Source: an uncultured Acidobacteriota bacterium (GTDB lineage: Bacteria > Acidobacteriota > Thermoanaerobaculia > Gp7-AA8). Taken from it: DNA of 64,000 bases. Below the pieces are notes generated by a model. It did not search any database. It saw only the letters and a list, made by a program, of their open reading frames with translations, and was not told where the DNA came from. Shown here piece after piece: positions 57,107 to 64,000 of the stretch. A program made the position numbers and the translations under genes. Every line of letters begins with the position of its first letter. Positions within the stretch are counted from its first letter, which is position 1. The stretch spans positions 1,440,001 through 1,504,000 of the forward strand of contig CAWGHO010000002.1 of the NCBI GenBank assembly GCA_963822445.1, read 5' to 3'.

Positions 57107-58516
57107 TCACGCCGCCTTATCCCCCTCCCCGATCACCTTCACCTTCGACAACAGATCCTTCATCTCCATGCCGCTCAGGGCCTCGAAGAGGGCGGGGACC
57201 TGGGCGGCGATGGCGGCCAGGTCGCCGGTGATGCGGTGGGCGCCGGCGGCGTGGCCGTCGCCGGTGGAGACGACGGTGATCTTGTCGACGTTCGCCAGCG
57301 GGGCGGCCAGCGCTTTGACGATCTCCGGCATCTGGGTCATGAGCTTGTCCACCACCGCGGCCTGGTTCCAGCCCTGGTAGGCATCGGCCTTCACGTTCAT
57401 CGCTTTCGCTTCCGCCTCACCTTTCTTGAAGATGATCTCCGCCTCGGCCTCACCCTCGGCGCGAACCGACGAGGCGCGGCCTTCCGCTTCGATGATCAGG
57501 CGCTGCCTTTCGGCGGCCGCGAGCGTTTCGATGCGCAGGCGCTCGATCTCGGCGGCTTTGAGGACGTTCGCGATCAGCTGCTTCTCGTTGCGGGAAATCT
57601 CCGCTTCCTGAACTTTGATCTGTCCTTCCTTCTCGATCTGCTGCACGCGCACCGACTCGGCGACGACCTGCTGCTCCATGACTTTCGTCTGGATCTCGTA
57701 AGCCTTGTCGGCCTGCGCCTGCTGGCGCTTGGTGGTCTCGACGAACTGCGCCTTCTTCACGTCGAGGTCGCGCTGGGCCTCGGCCTGCGCGGCCAGCGAC
57801 AGCGTCTCGGCGATCACGCGAGCCTGATCGGCCTCGGCCCGTTTGATCGCGGCCTCGCGCAGCGCTTCGGCGCGCTTGATGGCCGTGTCCCGCTCCGCTT
57901 CCGCCGCGGCGATGTCGGCAATCATCTTCACGCGGGCCACGTCCGGACGGCCCATGTTGGTGATGTAGTCGTTCTTGTCCTTCACCTCCCGGATCGTGAA
58001 CGACACGACCTCGAGGCCCATCTTGTCCATGTCGTCGGCGCAGGTGGAGCGCATCCGCTCGGCGACCATCTCCGGCTGCTTGACGATCTCCTCGACCGTG
58101 AGCTGGCCGATGATTCCGCGCAGGTGACCTTCCATCACCAGCCGGATCAGCCCTTCCCGCTGCGGCGGCGTCTTCGACAGAAACTGCTCCGCCGCGGTGA
58201 GGATCGACTCCTGATCGCTCTTCACCTTGATCTGCGCGACGGCTTCCACGGTCACGGCGACGCCCTGCTTCGTGTAGAGGTCCTGCTTCGGCGCGACGTC
58301 GAACGACATCAGCTCCAGCGGCAGGGCCTTGTAGCTGTGGATCATCGGGAAGATCAGCGTGCCGCCGCCTTTGATGACGCGCGTTCCGCCGACCCCGTAC
58401 ACGACGAAAGCCTCGTTCGGCCCGACTTTCCGGTACATCTGCGCGATGAATCCGAGGATCATCAGCGTGCCGATTGCGATGCCGGTAACAATTGCCCAGG
58501 TGGTCAACATGGTCAT
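57107..58516 (-). CDS. Flotillin family (SPFH + Flot) protein
   Basis: YRKVGPNEA, EGHLRGIIGQLTVEEI, AEA-rich coiled coil, PLANVDKITV. Confidence 0.92.
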   Translation of the reverse strand: MTMLTTWAIVTGIAIGTLMILGFIAQMYRKVGPNEAFVVYGVGGTRVIKGGGTLIFPMIHSYKALPLELMSFDVAPKQDLYTKQGVAVTVEAVAQIKVKSDQESILTAAEQFLSKTPPQREGLIRLVMEGHLRGIIGQLTVEEIVKQPEMVAERMRSTCADDMDKMGLEVVSFTIREVKDKNDYITNMGRPDVARVKMIADIAAAEAERDTAIKRAEALREAAIKRAEADQARVIAETLSLAAQAEAQRDLDVKKAQFVETTKRQQAQADKAYEIQTKVMEQQVVAESVRVQQIEKEGQIKVQEAEISRNEKQLIANVLKAAEIERLRIETLAAAERQRLIIEAEGRASSVRAEGEAEAEIIFKKGEAEAKAMNVKADAYQGWNQAAVVDKLMTQMPEIVKALAAPLANVDKITVVSTGDGHAAGAHRITGDLAAIAAQVPALFEALSGMEMKDLLSKVKVIGEGDKAA

Positions 58517-59052
58517 GCCTCCTTCAGTTCGTCCCACATCGCGACGTACGCGATGCCTCGTTCGTAGCGGGTAACGACGACTTCCGTCCCCTTCGGTATG
58601 GCGCGTCCCGAATCGCTGCGCGCGCCGGCGACGCGCCTGGTGCCGGCATGCGTGAAGACGATCTCCCCGGTCCCCTCGGCCTCGCGGATGCCGACCGTGG
58701 TGTGGGCGATCACTCCGATCATCGACAGCGACTCGGCCGTCGCCTCGCGACGCACCAGCGCGGTCATGATCCGATTGATCAGCGTTCCACCCATCGCCCC
58801 GATGACGACCGCGCCCGCGACGACGAGCGCCGGCGAGAACGGCGTGAGCCGGTCGACGAGCAACCCGCCGCCGCCGAACCAGACCAGGCAGCCGGTGATG
58901 GCCGCCAGGTTCACCGGCGACACCCGTTTCCGGCCGCTGTCCTCACCTCCGAACAGCGTCTCCAGGAACGTGACGTCGTCGAATCCCGAGACGAAGGAGA
59001 CGACACTGAGTCCAAGGCCTGCGATGAAGCAGACGACGAAGAACGTGGTCAT
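58513..59052 (-). CDS. NfeD-like membrane protein (flotillin partner)
   Basis: TM segments plus OB-fold motif GEIV...AIPKGTEVVV; ATGA overlap with flotillin. Confidence 0.82.
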   Translation of the reverse strand: MTTFFVVCFIAGLGLSVVSFVSGFDDVTFLETLFGGEDSGRKRVSPVNLAAITGCLVWFGGGGLLVDRLTPFSPALVVAGAVVIGAMGGTLINRIMTALVRREATAESLSMIGVIAHTTVGIREAEGTGEIVFTHAGTRRVAGARSDSGRAIPKGTEVVVTRYERGIAYVAMWDELKEA

Positions 59053-59064
59053 GGAAGTGGTCCT

Positions 59065-59562
59065 CTAGGTGCGCCGTTTTCTCCGCGTCTGCGGCGTGGC
59101 GGCGTCGGTTTTCTCGATCAGCCTGTCGATCAGCTGCCTGTTCTCCACGATCGATCCGAAGAGCACCAGGCAATCGCGCGACTTCTCATGCTTGGCGATC
59201 TTCAGCAACGCCTCGTGCAGCACGTGGTCCTCGGCGAACTCCTCCGCCCCGTCGATCAGCCACAGATCGAGCTTGTCATCGAGCTCGTGCCGGGGCCTGG
59301 CCGTCATCGGTGCCATGTCGGCGACGTCATCGACCAGATAGCCCGGGTGAACCTTGAAGAACCGGGCGAGCATGAGCCGCGTGCTGCTGGTCATGTGCGG
59401 GCGCGTTCCGCTCTCGAGCTGGGAGAGGTAGGACTGGCTGATCTGCCCGTCCTGCTCTTCCTTCACCGCCCGGGCGACTTCGGATTGGGTCATCTCCCGT
59501 TCCAGACCGCGGGCGAATCCTTCCAGGGCCCTCAGCCGGGCAAGCTTCTGTCCGAGTGTCAT
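59065..59562 (-). CDS. XRE family HTH regulator
   Basis: LGQKLARLR, MTQSEVA, ISQSYLSQLESG.R. Confidence 0.88.
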   Translation of the reverse strand: MTLGQKLARLRALEGFARGLEREMTQSEVARAVKEEQDGQISQSYLSQLESGTRPHMTSSTRLMLARFFKVHPGYLVDDVADMAPMTARPRHELDDKLDLWLIDGAEEFAEDHVLHEALLKIAKHEKSRDCLVLFGSIVENRQLIDRLIEKTDAATPQTRRKRRT

Positions 59563-59566
59563 AACG

Positions 59567-59601
59567 GATTGCAATATATTGCTGATTGCGATATTTATCA
59601 A
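59567..59601 (-). promoter_or_regulatory. Promoter/operator of the XRE-nfeD-flotillin operon
   Basis: Minus strand TTGATA-17 nt-TATATT; repeats GATTGCAATAT / GATTGCGATAT 17 bp apart; palindrome GCAATATATTGC. Confidence 0.7.
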
Positions 59602-59624
59602 GTGGCTGCAGAATGACCGCACGC

Positions 59625-61112
59625 ATGTCCCACCGCCAGTCCGTCCACGATCTGAAGAGCCTCATCCGCTCGTTTCACTCACTGATCGCCGTGGAGACGG
59701 TGGAGGAAGAGCGCGTTTTCACCATCGTTCGTGAAGTTGCCAACGACCTGAATCAGTCCCTCTTCGAATGGTCGATGACCACCGGCTTCAAGCGCGGCTT
59801 CGGCCTGACCATCGGCAACACCTTCGAGCCGCTGGCCGTGCTGCAACACATCGGCGACCTCACCGGCGAGGGGATCTACCTGCTCAAGGACATGGCCCCG
59901 CATCTAGCGAAACCGGAGGTTGCTCGCGCACTGCGCGACCTCGTGCAGAAGATGGCTCACACCAGCAGCGCCATCGTGCTGACCGGCGATCCCATCGAAC
60001 TGCCGCGCGACATCGAGGCGATGGCGGTCCGCTTCGATCTGAAGCTTCCCGACGAGGCCGAGCGGCGCGAGGCCATGCGACATGTCGTCGACGCAATGAA
60101 AGCGCGCCAGCCCGTGCAGGTCGACCTCGGCCGCGAGGACGTGAACCGGCTGGTCCAGGCTCTGGCCGGATTGACATTGCATCAGGCGCGGCGGGTCATC
60201 GCCCAGGCCATCCTCGAAGACGGCAAGCTCTCGCCGCTGGACATCGAACGGGTCATCCGCTGGAAAGGCGAGATCATCGAGCGCGGCGGCGTGCTGGAGT
60301 TCTTTCCCGCCGAAGAGAACGCGTTCGAGCTGGGCGGATTCGCGCGATTGAAGACCTGGCTCGATCACGCCCGCGTCGGCTTTACGGCCGAGGCTCGGGC
60401 TGTGAATCTGAAGGCTCCGAAGGGTGTGCTGTTCGTCGGCGTGCAGGGCTGCGGCAAATCGCTGGCCGCGAAGTTCATCGCCCGCCACTGGCAACTCCCG
60501 CTGCTCAAGCTCGACGCGGGACGGCTCTACGACAAGTACGTCGGGCAGTCGGAGAAGAACTTCCGCCGCGCCACGGTGGTCGCGGAATCGATGGCGCCGG
60601 TCGTCCTCTGGATCGACGAGATGGAAAAGACCTTCGCATCAGGCACGGCCGCGGACGCGGACGGTGGATTGTCGCAGCGGCTCTTCGGCGCATTTTTGAC
60701 CTGGTTGCAGGAGAAGAAGGACGGAGTGTTCGTCGTCGGCGCAGCGAACGATCTCAATCGCATGCCGCCCGAGCTGCTGCGCAAAGGACGCTTCGACGAG
60801 ATCTTCTTCGTCGACCTGCCGACGCTCGAGGAGCGGCGGAGCATCTTCACCATCCACCTGCGCATGCGGAAACAGGATCCGGCGGCGTTCGACGTCGGCG
60901 AGCTCGCGCGAGCGTCGGAAGGGTTCAGCGGCGCGGAGATCGAACAGGCCGTGATCGCGTCGCTCTACCGCGCGCTGCATGCGAAGCAGGCGCTCACGAC
61001 CGCGAACATCGTGGAAAGCCTTCGCGCGACGGTGCCCCTTTCCGTCGCGCGGCGCGAGGATGTGGAGCGCCTTCGATCGTTTTCCGCGGGGCGGTTTACG
61101 CCGGTGGCGTGA
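59625..61112 (+). CDS. AAA+ ATPase, Ycf46-like
   Basis: GVQGCGKS, WIDEMEK, PPELLRKGRFDEIFFVDLP, GFSGAEIEQ. Confidence 0.9.
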   Translation: MSHRQSVHDLKSLIRSFHSLIAVETVEEERVFTIVREVANDLNQSLFEWSMTTGFKRGFGLTIGNTFEPLAVLQHIGDLTGEGIYLLKDMAPHLAKPEVARALRDLVQKMAHTSSAIVLTGDPIELPRDIEAMAVRFDLKLPDEAERREAMRHVVDAMKARQPVQVDLGREDVNRLVQALAGLTLHQARRVIAQAILEDGKLSPLDIERVIRWKGEIIERGGVLEFFPAEENAFELGGFARLKTWLDHARVGFTAEARAVNLKAPKGVLFVGVQGCGKSLAAKFIARHWQLPLLKLDAGRLYDKYVGQSEKNFRRATVVAESMAPVVLWIDEMEKTFASGTAADADGGLSQRLFGAFLTWLQEKKDGVFVVGAANDLNRMPPELLRKGRFDEIFFVDLPTLEERRSIFTIHLRMRKQDPAAFDVGELARASEGFSGAEIEQAVIASLYRALHAKQALTTANIVESLRATVPLSVARREDVERLRSFSAGRFTPVA

Positions 61113-63879
61113 CCCGCAGTACGACCAGGGTCAGGTCATCCTCGACCTCGCCGCCGGCGAATGACGTCGCGGCCTGGGCGATGCGTTGTTGCAGTTCTTC
61201 CGCGCTCACATCGCCCGCGCTCGACACCAGCTCTTCGATCCGCCGTTCCTCGAACATCTCCCCCGTCCCATTTGCCGCCTCGGAAACGCCGTCGGTGAAG
61301 AGCACGATCCGGTCGCCGGGCGTGAGCGCGATCTCCCGCTCTTCGTAACGCGTGTCCCGAAAAAGGCGCGAGATCGCCGGTCCGCCTTCTTCCAATCGCA
61401 CCATCGATCCGTCCGTGCGCGCGAGGATCGGCGCGTTGTGGCCGGCGTTCGTCCAGCGCAGCCGCATCGCCGCGGTGTCGATCGTCGCGTAAAAGAACGT
61501 GACGAAGCGTCCACCGGACAGACTCGAGACGACGACGCGCCGCACGCGCTCGCACAGATCGCGCGGTGAGCTGCTCGCCGAGGCGCGCACCGCGGCTTGC
61601 AGTCCCGACATCAAAAGCGCCGCGGGCATGCCCTTTCCCGCGACGTCGCCGATGCACACCGCCAGCTCCGTCTCGCTGAGCGGAATCAGGTCGTAGTAAT
61701 CGCCGCCCATCGTCCGCGCCGGTTGCCAGGTGCCGCTCACGTCGATCCCGGCCAGCCGCGGCATCTCCCGCGGAATGAGGGTCTGCTGAATCGCGCGAGC
61801 CTGGGAGTAATCCTCGTCTTCGCGCTGCAGTCGGATGCGATCGAGGCCGATGTCGACCTGGTCGGCGACGGAGCGGAGGAAGTCGATGTCCTCCACGTCG
61901 AACTCGCCGCCGGACAGTTTCGGCGCGACGGCGATGAATCCGTTCGCCGGCGTGCCCGGCGTGTTGATCGGCACGACCAGCGTGGCCTCGATGCGTTTGA
62001 ACGCGGCCGCGGCATCGTCGGAAAGCGCATGCCGTCGCGGATCGAAGGGACGATCGAGCATCTTCAGGATCGGAGCGCGCGCGACGCGCAGCGCGCCGAG
62101 AAGGGAGTCGGAGACACCGACCTTCGCCGCGGCGATGAACTCATCGTGGCGGCTGGAGAAGATCACCACGGCCCGGTTCTGCAAGGCGTGCTGCGTTTTC
62201 TCTGTCGACGACGAAAGAAAACGGCTGAGATCCGACGCGGCCAGCGCATCCGCTCCGATCGCGCGCAGTGCTGCCGGGTAATCGAACTTCTGGCGGAACA
62301 TCGTCCGCTCGACGAAGCGCTGCAATTTGTTGCGAATCGGCACGGCCACGAGCGCGACCACCAGCGTTGCACCGATGACCATGGTCTGGTTCTCGACGCC
62401 CGCGACATTGACCAGCAGCGTTCCCAGAAGACCGACGATGGCCAGGTAGACGATGGCGATCACGCCGCTGAGCATCGCGTACACGACCGTCTTCCTGACG
62501 ATCACGTCGATGTTCATCAGCCGGTACTTGAGGATGGCCACGGCGAAGGAGAACGGGATCAGGAGGTAGAGCAGTTTCGTGGAGATATCGACGACCTGCG
62601 CCGCGCCGAACCATTCGCCGATGCCGCGTCCGGTGAACAGGTGGAAGAAGATGATCGCCTCCATCACCGTGGTGAGCACGATCCTCGTCGCCAGCGCGAA
62701 GGACGTGCCCCACAGAGGCCACTTCACCTGCCGTTTTTCCTCGGCATCGGCATCGCGGTAGGAGCGATAGAACGCGATGCAGGAGAGAACCGGGAAGGCT
62801 CCCAGCACTCCGGAGACCGCCAGGCCGCAGGCCATACCCACTCCGAGCGCGATCCAATGATTTCCTATGGCTTTGGCGATCTGGGTCACGCTCAGGAACG
62901 CCGCGACGAGGAAAAAAATCGATTGAAATGGCCGCCGCCAGAATGCCTCGCGCATCCCTTCGAGCCGGCCCTTCCGCGCGACGCGCAACGCGACGCCGAA
63001 CCCGGCCAGCGTCACGATCGCGACCAGGACGTTCACCGCGAGCTTGACCTGCTTCTCCGCGGCGTCACCGGCCGCCGTGGCGATGGTGAAGATCAGGCCG
63101 AGACCGACCAGACCGATGACCATCGCCGCGGGGATTCCGTATACCCAGCGAAAGACATGCGGCGAGGAACGGACGACGGGACGCTCGCGCGGAAAGATCA
63201 GCGCCAGATGCAGCGTGAGCGGAAGGAAGGCGACGGTCACGGCCATGACCGTCAGGAACGGCAGGACGCCGCGGTTCTCGGTTTCCGCATTCACGCCGCG
63301 GATGTTCGAACTGTCGAGCCCGAGCGCCGGCGTCCCGATGAGGTAGATCGCACCGACGGCCATCATCGCGAAGAAGACCATCACCCGCCGGTCGTCGGGC
63401 CGCTTCACGACGACGAGCAAGGCGATGGCGATGTAGGCGAGGCCGACGATCAGGTGAACGATCAGCGTTGCCAGGAAAATGGGGATGTGCAGCGGCGAAG
63501 CGAGTCGCAGCCTCGCCTCGAACGTCCGCGAGCCCCTTTTCACGCGGTAAACGGCGGTGTCGCCGGCGCGCATCGAGCCGGCCTTCGCGGTCAGGGTCTT
63601 GTTGTCCTTCACGGAAACGCCGTTGATCGCGAGCAGGTAATCGCCGCCGCGGATGCCGGCGCGCTCCGCCGGACCGGTCGGATAGACCATGAAGACGCGG
63701 CCGGCCGCGAACATCTCGAATGGCGGCCGCTTCTCTTCCGGCATCTCCGGGAAGAACGACAGGCCGGCCATCCCGATCTCGTCCCAGTGCCGGAGCCGCA
63801 ACGCGCCGTACCAGCTCGCCGCGCCGATGGCGAGAATGGTGATGACGACGGCGATGGTGACGCGCAGGCGGAGAGACAT
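61096..63879 (-). CDS. PDZ - multi-TM - GAF-like - SpoIIE/PP2C phosphatase
   Basis: GPAERAGIRGGD PDZ; many TMs; GGDYYD, GDVAGKG, NAGH, FTDG, EDDLT. Confidence 0.9.
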   Translation of the reverse strand: MSLRLRVTIAVVITILAIGAASWYGALRLRHWDEIGMAGLSFFPEMPEEKRPPFEMFAAGRVFMVYPTGPAERAGIRGGDYLLAINGVSVKDNKTLTAKAGSMRAGDTAVYRVKRGSRTFEARLRLASPLHIPIFLATLIVHLIVGLAYIAIALLVVVKRPDDRRVMVFFAMMAVGAIYLIGTPALGLDSSNIRGVNAETENRGVLPFLTVMAVTVAFLPLTLHLALIFPRERPVVRSSPHVFRWVYGIPAAMVIGLVGLGLIFTIATAAGDAAEKQVKLAVNVLVAIVTLAGFGVALRVARKGRLEGMREAFWRRPFQSIFFLVAAFLSVTQIAKAIGNHWIALGVGMACGLAVSGVLGAFPVLSCIAFYRSYRDADAEEKRQVKWPLWGTSFALATRIVLTTVMEAIIFFHLFTGRGIGEWFGAAQVVDISTKLLYLLIPFSFAVAILKYRLMNIDVIVRKTVVYAMLSGVIAIVYLAIVGLLGTLLVNVAGVENQTMVIGATLVVALVAVPIRNKLQRFVERTMFRQKFDYPAALRAIGADALAASDLSRFLSSSTEKTQHALQNRAVVIFSSRHDEFIAAAKVGVSDSLLGALRVARAPILKMLDRPFDPRRHALSDDAAAAFKRIEATLVVPINTPGTPANGFIAVAPKLSGGEFDVEDIDFLRSVADQVDIGLDRIRLQREDEDYSQARAIQQTLIPREMPRLAGIDVSGTWQPARTMGGDYYDLIPLSETELAVCIGDVAGKGMPAALLMSGLQAAVRASASSSPRDLCERVRRVVVSSLSGGRFVTFFYATIDTAAMRLRWTNAGHNAPILARTDGSMVRLEEGGPAISRLFRDTRYEEREIALTPGDRIVLFTDGVSEAANGTGEMFEERRIEELVSSAGDVSAEELQQRIAQAATSFAGGEVEDDLTLVVLRVTPPA

Positions 63880-63913
63880 GTGCGTAGGAGTGTACGCACA
63901 CCGTGAGCGCGAG

Positions 63914-64000
63914 TTATGGAGAGATGCACACCACGACCAGCGTCATGTCGTCCTCGACTTCGTCATCGGAAAACGAAGTGGCCGCATTGACGATGGTCCG
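63914..64000 (-). CDS. C-terminus of a second SpoIIE/PP2C phosphatase (cut by window edge)
   Basis: Translates RTIVNAATSFSDDEVEDDMTLVVVCISP*, closely matching the end of the adjacent phosphatase. Confidence 0.8.
   Translation of the reverse strand, partial: RTIVNAATSFSDDEVEDDMTLVVVCISP

Overview
High-GC bacterial chromosomal segment; gene content and repeat style suggest Acidobacteriota (Thermoanaerobaculia-like), which is inference. It is gene-dense (about 63 CDSs) and mostly housekeeping: fmt, rsmB, HU, dGTPase, alr-mlaE-mlaF, xseA-xseB-ispA-dxs-tlyA, pcrA, pyrE, gltX, fabI, eno, lepB. I found no rRNA, tRNA, CRISPR array, transposase or prophage. Most notable: (1) DXS carries an in-frame ~49-aa C-terminal tail resembling a PIN-associated antitoxin, and a VapC toxin gene starts at the next base, suggesting an essential enzyme fused to an antitoxin; (2) a single 2428-aa TamB-POTRA-Omp85 fusion; (3) a fur-FTR1-apbE-porin-FMN-binding-haem membrane protein operon behind a perfect 7-1-7 palindrome; (4) several families of intergenic palindromic elements, including inverted arrays of 7-8 nt units and a MITE-like element whose end supplies a -10 box to neighbouring genes; (5) many apparently leaderless promoters and two genes (PhzF-like, moeB) whose conserved N-termini lack a canonical start codon. 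All product calls come from motif recognition by eye; no database search was run.
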